Below are positions 1-8,519 of a DNA stretch of 64,000 bases, piece by piece (position 1 is the stretch's first letter; every line of letters begins with the position of its first letter). The stretch covers positions 1,985,684-2,049,683 of the forward strand of contig OY282457.1 of NCBI GenBank assembly GCA_958296235.1, written 5' to 3'. This DNA is from an uncultured Candidatus Binatia bacterium. GTDB taxonomy: Bacteria; Desulfobacterota; Binatia; Bin18. The position numbers and the translations under genes were made by a program. The notes beneath the pieces are model-generated. The model was not told the origin of the DNA, ran no database searches, and saw only the letters and a program-made list of their open reading frames with translations.

Positions 1-723
1 TCCCAAATCCGTCACGGTTCCGCCGCATTCGGTAATCATGGCGTGGAGAGCGTATTGGTTCACGTTCCGGACCTGGCCCGGTCGGGGGGAGCGTGAGGGC
101 GGAACGATTTCATCGCCCGTGGAAATCAGGGCCACGGTCGGGCGTTTATAGACCGGCACTCTGGTAATCCCCACGCCGGTGAGCGCACCGATATCGTGGG
201 CGCGCAGGCGGCGGCCGGCAGGAAAGATAGGCTTCTTCTTTTTGATGTCCTCGCCCACGCGGAGAATGTTTTCCCAGGGCGACACGCTGCGTAAGACCTC
301 AACCGTCCCGTCGCCCAACTCTTCGGTGTATTCCACCATGACCATCGAGTTCGCGCCCGGCGGAAGCATACCGCCGGTCGCAATCCGCATGGTCTCGCCC
401 TTCTTGAGCCGGCGTTTCGCTTCCGAGCCCATCTCGATTGCGCCAACGAGTTTCAGATAGGCCGGCAGACTGGCTGACGCCCCAAACGTATCCTGGGCAC
501 GGACCGCATAGCCGTCCATATTCGTCCGGTTGAAATGGGGCAGATCGACCGGCGAGGTCAGGGGCTTGGCCAAGGTCCGTCCACAGGCGTCAAGCGCCGG
601 AATCTGTTCGCTTTTGGTCTGGGGAGCAAAGGCGGCAAGCTGGCTACGGGCCTCCTCGGACGTCACCACCCGAAAAAAGGCTTTAACCGGGGCCGGGGCT
701 AGAGCCGCTGATGCGCGAGGCAT
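1..723 (-). CDS. moeA: Molybdopterin molybdotransferase MoeA (runs off the window edge)
   Basis: Manual translation (not in ORF track): MPRASAALAPAPVKAFFRVVT...GRTLAKPLTSPVDLPHFNRTNMDGYAVRAQDTFGAS...GDEIV...PGQVRNVN; the MDGYAV and GDE motifs are typical of MoeA. The ATG at 721-723 overlaps the end of the nitrilase gene. Confidence 0.9.
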   Translation of the reverse strand, partial: MPRASAALAPAPVKAFFRVVTSEEARSQLAAFAPQTKSEQIPALDACGRTLAKPLTSPVDLPHFNRTNMDGYAVRAQDTFGASASLPAYLKLVGAIEMGSEAKRRLKKGETMRIATGGMLPPGANSMVMVEYTEELGDGTVEVLRSVSPWENILRVGEDIKKKKPIFPAGRRLRAHDIGALTGVGITRVPVYKRPTVALISTGDEIVPPSRSPRPGQVRNVNQYALHAMITECGGTVTDLG

Positions 724-1502
724 GGCAGTTCCTTCCTCACTTTTTCCAGATAGTCGAGATCAATCTCGGCGGTAATGAAACACTCGCGGTCGGGCGCCCG
801 GGCAATAATTTTGCCCCACGGGTCAATAATCATGGAGTTGCCATAGTCGGCAAAGCCGTACACGTTTTTTCCGATCTGGTTCGGCGCAATGATATATACC
901 TGGTTTTCAATGGCCCGCGCTCGCAGCAGGGCTTCCCAATGGGCCGCGCCGGTCGGAAAGGTAAACGCCGACGGAACGGAAATGATTGCTGCGCCTTTGC
1001 GAGAGAGCCCCCGGTAGAGTTCAGGAAAGCGCAGATCGTAGCAGACGGAAAGACCGACCGTACCGAGCGGCGTGGAGGCGACGACAACTTCTCCCCCCGG
1101 CTTCATACTGTCGGACTCTCTGAGGCTGACCTGACCGGGGATATCAACATCAAAGAGGTGGATTTTGCGGTACTGGGCCAGCAGGTCGCCCTTCGGGTTG
1201 ATCAGCAGGCTGGTATTATAGGCGCGGGCCTCGTCTGATTTTTCGAGGAAAGAGCCAGCCAGCAGGTGAATCCCGAGTTGGGTTGCCAAATCTTGCAGGC
1301 GATGTGTAGTCGGACCGGGAATGGCCTCGACCTGTTCAGGTTCTTTTCTATGCCGGCCGCGCCAGGAAAACACCTCCGGCAGAACGACCAGGGCGGCGCC
1401 CCGTTCTGCGGCCAAACGCACGAACGTTTCGGCCTTAGCCAGATTCTCTTCTTTTGAAGCGGACGCGGTCATTTGAATCGCCGCGGCAAGGTAGGATCGC
1501 AT
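699..1502 (-). CDS. Carbon-nitrogen hydrolase (nitrilase superfamily, Nit1/deaminated glutathione amidase-like)
   Basis: Catalytic E-K-C triad motifs: LPEVF, YRKIHLFDV, VCYDLRFPE; also LRARAIENQ. Confidence 0.93.
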   Translation of the reverse strand: MRSYLAAAIQMTASASKEENLAKAETFVRLAAERGAALVVLPEVFSWRGRHRKEPEQVEAIPGPTTHRLQDLATQLGIHLLAGSFLEKSDEARAYNTSLLINPKGDLLAQYRKIHLFDVDIPGQVSLRESDSMKPGGEVVVASTPLGTVGLSVCYDLRFPELYRGLSRKGAAIISVPSAFTFPTGAAHWEALLRARAIENQVYIIAPNQIGKNVYGFADYGNSMIIDPWGKIIARAPDRECFITAEIDLDYLEKVRKELPCLAHQRL

Positions 1503-1630
1503 GACTCAGACTCCCCCAATCTCTGAGGACGAAGACTACCGAACGCCTCAGGAGGGGTCAAGAGAAGCACAGGAGGAGAAGCCGGCCCTTTGGAGTCTGC
1601 TGTATGGAGGTAGCCGTGCCGGGGGCTCCC

Positions 1631-1725
1631 GTCATGCCGGACGTGATCCGGCATCCAGCCTGCGGCGGGGGCTGGGGTCCTGGATTCCTGCTTCCGCAGG
1701 AATGACAGGTGGCTACACAGCATCG
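1631..1725. repeat. Paired REP/RPE-like palindromic element (GTCATGCCGG..CCGGCATCCAG ... CTGGATTCCTGCTTCCGCAGGAATGAC)
   Basis: Two hairpins in inverted arrangement. 47 bp (1679-1725) are identical to 39246-39292, and a related pair lies at about 6560-6633. Confidence 0.8.
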
Positions 1726-1887
1726 CAATTTGTTCCAGTACAGTCGGCAGACAAACCGCACCTGCTGTCGTCGGTATATCTATATTTATACCGTCTCCCA
1801 ATTTCACACAGACGTTTCAGCCGGCAGGTAAAATAAAGAGGAGGTTAAGGCGTTGTGATTGTTGAGGAGGGAAGATAGGAAGGAAGG

Positions 1888-2088
1888 GTGACAGAAAACG
1901 GGCAGAAAGAGATACGGAAGAATAAACGCCGAGGCTTGGCGAAATCTCTCTATGATTCTGGAAAGATTATTTTAGGCGCGGGCGTGATTTCTTACGGTCT
2001 TGGAGGAAAAAGTCCTTGGTGGGTGACGGTCATCCTCTTTTTTTCTGTCCTTGGACTCTATATGTGGGCCTATTATGTCGATGAGTAG
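1888..2088 (+). CDS. Small two-TM membrane protein (DUF6722-like)
   Basis: GGAAGGAAGG RBS before GTG; basic N-terminus, LAKSLYDSGKIILGAGVI, second hydrophobic helix. Confidence 0.6.
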   Translation: MTENGQKEIRKNKRRGLAKSLYDSGKIILGAGVISYGLGGKSPWWVTVILFFSVLGLYMWAYYVDE

Positions 2089-2097
2089 AGGGACTTC

Positions 2098-2202
2098 ATG
2101 GAACTTGCTTTATTACTGTCCTTAGTGCTCGTTACCACCATTATTGGTGGGCTTGGATTCTATCTCAAAGATCGCCGGGAAGACAAAGCTCGTCACAGGT
2201 AA
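2098..2202 (+). CDS. 34-aa single-TM peptide
   Basis: Manual translation MELALLLSLVLVTTIIGGLGFYLKDRREDKARHR; GAGGG RBS just after the previous stop codon. Confidence 0.55.
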   Translation: MELALLLSLVLVTTIIGGLGFYLKDRREDKARHR

Positions 2203-2262
2203 TCGGCGTCATCCACCGGTTCCCTTCCTCCTCAAAGAGCCTTCACCCGGCGATTCTCTGTT

Positions 2263-2553
2263 ATGCGACTCCAGAAAAAAAGAGCCGGCTGGCGGGGGCG
2301 GCTTCACCTCATGGGCGGAGTTCTGGCGGTCCTTGGGATGCTCCTCACCGGCTGCCAAACGCTTCAGCACACGCTGTCTTTTGCCGAGTCGAGGCGGGAC
2401 CCGCAGCTCGCCCGGATATTGGGCGAGCGGGCGGAACTGGAGGAGCAGTATTGGCAGTGTCGGGTCGAACACGGGAGTGCCGACGCCGCCGCGTGCGCTG
2501 AGTACAAACGAGGCTTGGACAAGCCGCTGGCGCTGCCGGCCGCCTCAGAGTAG
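2263..2553 (+). CDS. Small putative lipoprotein
   Basis: Basic N-region, hydrophobic stretch and lipobox LTGC. Confidence 0.6.
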   Translation: MRLQKKRAGWRGRLHLMGGVLAVLGMLLTGCQTLQHTLSFAESRRDPQLARILGERAELEEQYWQCRVEHGSADAAACAEYKRGLDKPLALPAASE

Positions 2554-2583
2554 AAGCCCCAACACCCGCGGACGACTCCTCAC

Positions 2584-3342
2584 TCAAGACCTTTGCATAT
2601 CCATAACGGCCATGCCTTCCAAAGCCAGCCCGTACCCCAGACCGTCGAGCATCAGTTTTTTGATCTGATGGGTAATGGAGATGCGTGCATACCGTAGCGT
2701 CAGCGGGGGCTGTTGGGCCAATTGTTCGGCCAGCTCCCAAGCGCGAGCGGACAGTTGATCCGGCGGCAGCACCTCATTCACCACCCCAAGGCTGAGCGCC
2801 TCCTGGGCAGACAGCTTTTGCCCGGTCAGGAGAAAATAGCGCCCCCGGTTGGCGCCCAAAAGCAGCGGCCAGACCAGATGGACGCCGTCGCCCGGCACAA
2901 TGCCGTTTGGAAAATGCGGAGCATCCTGAAACGCCGCGGTCTCGGACGCGAGGACAATATCGCACAGCACAGGGATCTCGGCATGGATGAGGGCCGGCCC
3001 GTTGACTGCAGATATCATCGGTACGGGAATGTCGAGCAGATTCATCAGCAGGCGCTTGCCTTCCCAATACACAGTGTCCCAGCCGCGTGGCGTACCCAGG
3101 CTATCCCCAAAGCTGGCAAAATCGATATCCGCACAATAGCTGTCGCCCGTTCCGGCCAGAATAACGACTTTATTCTCCGGGTCGGCTCCGATATCAACGC
3201 AGGCGTGGCCGATTTCGCGGTGGACCGGCTCATTCCAGACCAGCGGCCCATCGTTGACGTGAAAGGTGACTTCGAGAATGCCGTTGCGACGCTGCATTTT
3301 CATTGTCTCGTACTTATTGGCATAATCTTCCAATTGGCTCAT
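2584..3342 (-). CDS. Crotonase-superfamily protein, 6-oxocamphor/beta-diketone hydrolase-like
   Basis: Start MSQLEDY after AGGAGGGG RBS; motifs LVW..VH, ENKVVIL.GTG, AVNGP..H.EIPV, FQDAPHFPNGIVPGDG, LGANRGRYFLLTGQ. Confidence 0.85.
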   Translation of the reverse strand: MSQLEDYANKYETMKMQRRNGILEVTFHVNDGPLVWNEPVHREIGHACVDIGADPENKVVILAGTGDSYCADIDFASFGDSLGTPRGWDTVYWEGKRLLMNLLDIPVPMISAVNGPALIHAEIPVLCDIVLASETAAFQDAPHFPNGIVPGDGVHLVWPLLLGANRGRYFLLTGQKLSAQEALSLGVVNEVLPPDQLSARAWELAEQLAQQPPLTLRYARISITHQIKKLMLDGLGYGLALEGMAVMDMQRS

Positions 3343-3455
3343 CTGTCCCCTCCTGTGTGTTTTTACATCCTCTTCTAACGCTTCTTTCCGGGCGCTGTCG
3401 AGAGATATGGTATATGAGGAACACGTCCGTGCCACTGCAAGAAAGGTGAATAGCC

Positions 3456-4109
3456 ATGCCGCAGTTTGAGAGAACCGAGAGAACCCGATTACGCCGTATG
3501 CCGGAGCGCGCGTCATATGACGCTACAGTCGTTGAGGCCATTTTGGCGGAAGGCTTGTACTGTCATGTCGGCTTCAGCGTTGACGGCCAGCCGTATGTGA
3601 TCCCGACGATCTACGCGCATATTGAGGATCGTCTGTATATTCACGGTTCGGCGGCGAGCCGAATGCTGCGGACGATTGGGGGGAGTCTGCCGGTCTGCGT
3701 CACAGTCACCCTGCTGGACGGTCTGGTGCTGGCCCGTTCGGCCTTTCATCATTCGATGAATTATCGTTCCGTAGTGATTCTCGGCCAAGCCACAGAGGTC
3801 ACTGACCCGGACGAAAAGCCGGCCGCCCTCAAAGCTATTGTCGATCACGTCATGCCCGAACGCTGGGCTGACGTCCGCGAACCCTCGGCGCAGGAACTGA
3901 AAGCCACCAGCGTGCTCCGCGTGCCCCTGGAAGAGGTGTCGGCAAAAATCCGCACCGGGCCACCAGTGGACGCGGAGGAAGACTATCGGCTCAACTGCTG
4001 GGCCGGCGAGCTGCCCTTGCGCCTGGCGCCGCAACCGCCGGTTGCCGACCCGCAGCTCCGGGCCGATATCGCCCTGCCGGAGTACGCGAAAAATTATACC
4101 CGTTCCTGA
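3456..4109 (+). CDS. Pyridoxamine 5'-phosphate oxidase-like flavin-binding protein (NimA family)
   Basis: PYVIPT, LYIHGS.ASRML, DGLVLARSAFHHSMNYRSVV, SAKIRTGPP. Confidence 0.9.
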   Translation: MPQFERTERTRLRRMPERASYDATVVEAILAEGLYCHVGFSVDGQPYVIPTIYAHIEDRLYIHGSAASRMLRTIGGSLPVCVTVTLLDGLVLARSAFHHSMNYRSVVILGQATEVTDPDEKPAALKAIVDHVMPERWADVREPSAQELKATSVLRVPLEEVSAKIRTGPPVDAEEDYRLNCWAGELPLRLAPQPPVADPQLRADIALPEYAKNYTRS

Positions 4110-4123
4110 GAAACTTCTGCGCC

Positions 4124-5116
4124 TTATTCCGCCAGCGCGCCGCCGCAGGAGCTGCCGGCACCGGCGGTACAGCCATAGCAATGGGCATCCAGACGGATGT
4201 CCCGGCCGATGAGCTGCCGGACCAGGCTGGCGGCTGAGTGTTCGCCCAGGCGCAGGGGAGTGCCGTTGCCCAGACGCAGATCGAGCATCTGGTTGAAATC
4301 GCAGTCGTACAGATAGCCATCCCAGGAGATGCTCACCAAGTGGCGACACATCAGGCTGTCAAGCGTGGCCGGATTAAAAGCCTGGGCCAATAGCTCCATA
4401 TATTCGGCCAGCTTGCCATCTCGCTCCAGGCTATGGGCAAAGCGGGCGATGGGCATATTCGTAATCGTCAAGAGGTTGTTAAACGTCAGCCCAAAGCGTT
4501 CGTCGAGTTCTCGTCTATAATCCGCCTCCAGGTTTTGCTGGGGCGGCGGCAGGTGAGCGCCAACCGGGTTATAGACAAGATTGAGGACCAGGTCTGAGCC
4601 TGCCTGCCCATAGCCGAGGGAGTTCAGTTGTCGGAGGGCGGCAATGGATTTCTCGTAGACACCGTGGCCACGTTGCGCCGAGACGTTCTCTTTCGAGTAG
4701 CAGGGCAGGCTGGCAAAAATTTCAACTTGGTGTGTGGCCAGAAACTCGGCCAAGTCTTCCTGACCGGGCTCAAACAGGACGGTCAAATTACAGCGGTCCA
4801 GCACATGCCGGCCGTCTTGGCGGTTTTGCTCAACCAGAAAACGAAAGGATGGATTCAGCTCCGGCGCGCCGCCGGTCAGATCAACCGTTCGCGCCGTGGC
4901 TGCGCGGATGAGATCAAGGGCCAGCGCGGCCGTCCGCGGCGCCATGATCTCGGTCCGTTGCGGACCGGCGTCCACATGACAGTGGAGACAGGCCTGGTTG
5001 CACAGCTTGCCCAGGTTGACCTGAACGGTCCCCAACTCGGCCCGTTTAAGGGGAAGGCCCTTCTCTTGGCCTACCCGCTCTGTAAAAGGCTGAAAAGATG
5101 GTTCAGCGGCGCGCAT
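4124..5116 (-). CDS. arsS: Arsenosugar biosynthesis radical SAM protein ArsS-like (radical SAM + DUF3641)
   Basis: QVNLGKLCNQACLHCHVDAGP (CxxxCxxC), DLTGGAPELNP, YDCDFNQML, C-terminal HCYGCTAGAGSSCGG. Confidence 0.88.
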   Translation of the reverse strand: MRAAEPSFQPFTERVGQEKGLPLKRAELGTVQVNLGKLCNQACLHCHVDAGPQRTEIMAPRTAALALDLIRAATARTVDLTGGAPELNPSFRFLVEQNRQDGRHVLDRCNLTVLFEPGQEDLAEFLATHQVEIFASLPCYSKENVSAQRGHGVYEKSIAALRQLNSLGYGQAGSDLVLNLVYNPVGAHLPPPQQNLEADYRRELDERFGLTFNNLLTITNMPIARFAHSLERDGKLAEYMELLAQAFNPATLDSLMCRHLVSISWDGYLYDCDFNQMLDLRLGNGTPLRLGEHSAASLVRQLIGRDIRLDAHCYGCTAGAGSSCGGALAE

Positions 5117-5137
5117 GCGGGGTATCCATTCCTTGGG

Positions 5138-6055
5138 CTAACAGCATTTACTTGGCGCGCAGCACGCCTGCGTGTCTGTGGACGCTTGATAGGCGAGCGC
5201 CTTAGCGCCGGGTTCCCCTTTATGGGCAACCAGGGTCATGGACCGAAAGGCGATACCTTCGACCGTTCGCCACGGCTGCTCGTCACGCCTCAGAACGGCT
5301 ATGCCGGAGAAACCGGCTTCTTCGAACGCTGCGATGAACTCTTTTTCCTGCATGGCCCCAGAGACGCAGCCACTCCATAATTCGGGGTCGGCCTTCAGGT
5401 GAGCCGGCACCGGTTCGTCGGCAACAATATCGGAGATTACCGTCCGCCCGTCCTGGCGCAGCACCCGAAAAATTTCACCAAACAGTTGCCGCTTGTCCGC
5501 GTCCTGGACCAGGTTGAGCACGCAGTTCGAGACGACAACGTCAACGCAACCGTCGGCAATCAGCGGTCGCTGCGTACGCTGTTCGGCCATGACCGCTTCA
5601 AAGGTTTGGAAATCTTCGAGCGAAGCCACCGGATGCTGGCGCAGGTAGGCATCCGCGACATTCAAATCGGTCCGCAAATCCTGGATTCTCCCCCGGTGAA
5701 ACTCGACGTTGTGATAGCCCAATTGTTCGCCAATGGACTGGCGGTATTTCTCGGCGACGTTGAGCATCTCCGGCGTCATGTCAACGCCGATAACCCGACC
5801 TTCGGCCCCAACGACCTGGGCGGCGATATAACAGATTTTGCCTGCGCCCGCGCCAAGATCAAGCACGGTTTCTCCCGGCTGGAGGTGCTGCGAGGGGTCT
5901 CCGCAGCCGTAATCGCGCTCAAGAATTTCTTCGGGGATGAGCGTGAGAAAGCGCGGGTTATAGTCTACCGGGCAGCACAACGCCGCTTCTTCCCGCTGCG
6001 CTCCCGCGGCATAACGCGCCTTGACCGCCTGCTCAATATCAAACACTGCTGTCAT
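5138..6055 (-). CDS. SAM-dependent methyltransferase, arsenite methyltransferase (ArsM)-like
   Basis: LCCPVDY, YGCGDP, VLDLGAGAG, VVSNCVLNL, LWSGCVSGA; Cys-pair tail CCAPSKCC; upstream of arsS. Confidence 0.82.
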   Translation of the reverse strand: MTAVFDIEQAVKARYAAGAQREEAALCCPVDYNPRFLTLIPEEILERDYGCGDPSQHLQPGETVLDLGAGAGKICYIAAQVVGAEGRVIGVDMTPEMLNVAEKYRQSIGEQLGYHNVEFHRGRIQDLRTDLNVADAYLRQHPVASLEDFQTFEAVMAEQRTQRPLIADGCVDVVVSNCVLNLVQDADKRQLFGEIFRVLRQDGRTVISDIVADEPVPAHLKADPELWSGCVSGAMQEKEFIAAFEEAGFSGIAVLRRDEQPWRTVEGIAFRSMTLVAHKGEPGAKALAYQASTDTQACCAPSKCC

Positions 6056-6141
6056 CTCTTCTTCTCCTTCTGGACCACGCCTATTAGAACTGTGTCAGCA
6101 TACTAGCGTATCTTTTCATCAGTGTACTAGAGCCGTTTACG

Positions 6142-6522
6142 GATAGTGTCTCAGTTTGAATTTTCCCTCACCCGTTGCCGGCACCGCGCCCCCTCACCCC
6201 ACCCCTCTCCCTCCGGGGGAGAGGGGGTCTACTTCCCTCCCCCCTTGAGGGGGAGGGCCAGGGTGGGGGGTGTTCCGCCGGCAGCGGGGCAGGAAGATGT
6301 GCAACTGAGACACGACCGGCCGGACCGCCCTTGCTCCTCCGGTAGGGCGACTCCCGCTCTCCTGGCGGGAAGTGCGTAAACGCGCCGCCTTCATGAGGAG
6401 CGCGGCCATCCTGGCCGCGATTCTTTGCGGGCTGGAAGCCCGCACTCCTTGTTTGCGGGCTGGGGGGAGGGTCTGAGCTTCCGGCAGAAAAGAGTCGGGG
6501 GATTTCAAACTGATACACCACC
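6142..6522. mobile_element. MITE-like non-autonomous element with terminal inverted repeats and an 8-bp target duplication
   Basis: GTGTCTCAGTTTGAA (6146-6160) versus TTCAAACTGATACAC (6504-6518), 14/15 inverted match; CGTTTACG on both sides (6134-6141, 6523-6530); an extra internal end AACTGAGACAC near 6303-6313; interior consists of GC-rich hairpins. Confidence 0.7.
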
Positions 6523-6722
6523 CGTTTACGCTAGGTTGTAGCCCTGTCGTGACGCTCTTGTCACTCCGGCCCTGATCCGGCCTCCAGCGGTGGGGGACGG
6601 CGGGCCTGAATTCCGGCTTTCGCCGGAATGACGGAAAGTATACATTTTCTCATGGTCTAAGATGGTGGATTCAACCTCTCGATATTTCGAGAGGGACAGC
6701 GACCCATGCTGAGGAAGACTGC

Positions 6723-7958
6723 ATGCCAACAATTAAAGACGACGCCGGCTCGGAATCGGATACAGCGGCAGGCTTTCACCTCCGACCTCACTTCAAACGC
6801 TTCAACCAAAAAGATGATGTGTTTCGTCGTTCGTGGTGGGATGAACGCATTCGGACCCGGAAGAGCGAGTTATTCTACGAGACGTACAGAGAGCCGCTCA
6901 AAACCTGGCGCAAGGTTGATGGCTTTACCCAAAAAGATTATGCGCTCCGCAATGCCGCCTGGCATGTCAGCGACCTCTTCACTGAACTCAAACAAGACCA
7001 GGATCGTCGAGAAGGCTTTTCCGACGAGTTTACGTTGTACCGAGATGTGGCCGAAGAACAGATGGACCTTGGGACGCCGACTCAAGCCGCGGCTGAGATA
7101 AAACGGGTCGGGAAAGCCTTTGGCGCAGATCTAATTGGCATTGCCGAGTACGACGAACGCTGGATGTACGTGAATAAATTCAGCGATATGAGTAAACGCG
7201 AAAAGCCACAGGAAATTCCCGAGGGCCTGTCGTCTGTGATTGTGGTTGCTCAGGCGATGGACTACGACCTGATTCGGACCGTTCCGTCTGCCCTCAGCGG
7301 TGCGGCAACCGGTCTGGGATACTCGCACGACGCGCTCGTGGTCTTGTCGCTGGCCCAGTACATCCGCAACCTCGGCTATACGGCGATTGCGAGCATGAAT
7401 GATACCGCGCTCGCCATTCCGTATGCGATCAAGGCCGGCTTGGGCGAGTATGGGCGGCTTGGGCTGTTGATTACCAAAGAGTTCGGCCCCCGTGTCCGGC
7501 TCGGCAAGATATTTACCAATCTCCCGCTTGCGCTCGATACACCGATTCGGTTTGGGGTGAAGGAATTTTGCGATACGTGTCAGCGGTGTTCCGCTGGCTG
7601 TCCGGTAAGCGCCATTCCCTCGAACGCTCCGTCGGACGCAATCCATAATCAGTCCAACATCAAAGGTGTCGTAAAATGGACGGTCGATGGGGAAAAATGT
7701 TTCAGTTATTGGGCCGCCCAAAATAGCGACTGCTCTATTTGTATCCGGGTGTGTCCCTACAACAAGGACTTCTCCAAATGGTATACGCGGCTCGGACGCT
7801 GGCTGGCCGGCACGCGATTACGCAAGCTGATGTTGCAGCTTGACGTTGCCACAGGTTTTGGAAGTCGGATGGCATCGAAGCGGTGGTGGCAGGGGGAACG
7901 GGAAGCCTTGGTGGAGCGCATCAGGCAGCTATTGAACCGGGGGAAGGGGAAACGGTAA
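6723..7958 (+). CDS. rdhA: Reductive dehalogenase domain protein (cobalamin / 2x[4Fe-4S])
   Basis: FGADLIGI, AGLGEYGRLGLLITKEFGPRVRL, FCDTCQRCSAGCP (CX2CX2CX3CP) and CFSYWAAQNSDCSICIRVCP (CX10CX2CX3CP). Confidence 0.82.
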   Translation: MPTIKDDAGSESDTAAGFHLRPHFKRFNQKDDVFRRSWWDERIRTRKSELFYETYREPLKTWRKVDGFTQKDYALRNAAWHVSDLFTELKQDQDRREGFSDEFTLYRDVAEEQMDLGTPTQAAAEIKRVGKAFGADLIGIAEYDERWMYVNKFSDMSKREKPQEIPEGLSSVIVVAQAMDYDLIRTVPSALSGAATGLGYSHDALVVLSLAQYIRNLGYTAIASMNDTALAIPYAIKAGLGEYGRLGLLITKEFGPRVRLGKIFTNLPLALDTPIRFGVKEFCDTCQRCSAGCPVSAIPSNAPSDAIHNQSNIKGVVKWTVDGEKCFSYWAAQNSDCSICIRVCPYNKDFSKWYTRLGRWLAGTRLRKLMLQLDVATGFGSRMASKRWWQGEREALVERIRQLLNRGKGKR

Positions 7959-8114
7959 GAGCCGCCTGAGGGGGGGCTTAAAAACCGTAGCATCATTTTG
8001 TGCGATGCTGTCCGCTCTATTGCCAAAGAGCGCCTCACCCGTCGCTGGGGACGCGTCTCTCCGCCGACGCTGGCCGCGGTCGAGGATCGTCTGCGTATCC
8101 TCATAGGGCTATAG
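7959..8114 (+). pseudogene. C-terminal remnant of a PemK/MazF toxin
   Basis: Translates EPPEGGLKNRSIILCDAVRSIAKERLTRRWGRVSPPTLAAVEDRLRILIGL*, a typical MazF C-terminal half; no start codon, begins at the base after the rdhA stop. Confidence 0.75.
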
Positions 8115-8125
8115 CCTGCGTGGGA

Positions 8126-8258
8126 GGAATGCAGCGCGATAAGATCGCTGAGCTAATGCGCCTCAGCCCGGAAAAGTCACCTCAGGCACGGCCCGCATAG
8201 CCCGTTCAACCGCCTCAGCCGGATACTCGTAGCGTTCGAGTTTTCCGGCGTGGTAGTC
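8126..8258 (-). repeat. Displaced duplicate of the trpB2 3' end (att-like direct repeat, copy A)
   Basis: 133 bp, ungapped, 11 mismatches to 11644-11776; encodes [31 protein letters not shown]. Confidence 0.95.
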
Positions 8259-8519
8259 TGAATAAAAATTCTGCGGGAGCACGACCGCCCCCGGCTCCCC
8301 GTCCCGCCTTGGCGATGGTTCCGCCTCACACCGGTTCTGACGCGACAGCCGCCAAAAAACTCGTAAACTTCTCAGAGTTCCAACTGAATATACAAGTAGG
8401 AAGGGCTGCCCCATGCCGGCCCCTGGCTCCCAAAAAATACCCTGCTCCAAATTTCTTTTGAAAAATCCGTGAACTTTTCTGATCCCATTTAGTATCTACC
8501 TAATGAAAGGAGAGAGTAT

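Noticed and set aside
1469-1836. ORFs containing WIPASAGMT / SFLRKQES
   Set aside because: Peptides derive from the palindromic repeat; same signature at 39038-39347.
6146-6732. Several short Pro/Gly-rich ORFs
   Set aside because: They overlap the MITE and hairpin cluster; no RBS or protein motif.
8163-8450. 95-aa ORF ending like TrpB2
   Set aside because: Only the last ~31 codons are the duplicated tail; the rest is non-coding islet DNA read in frame.
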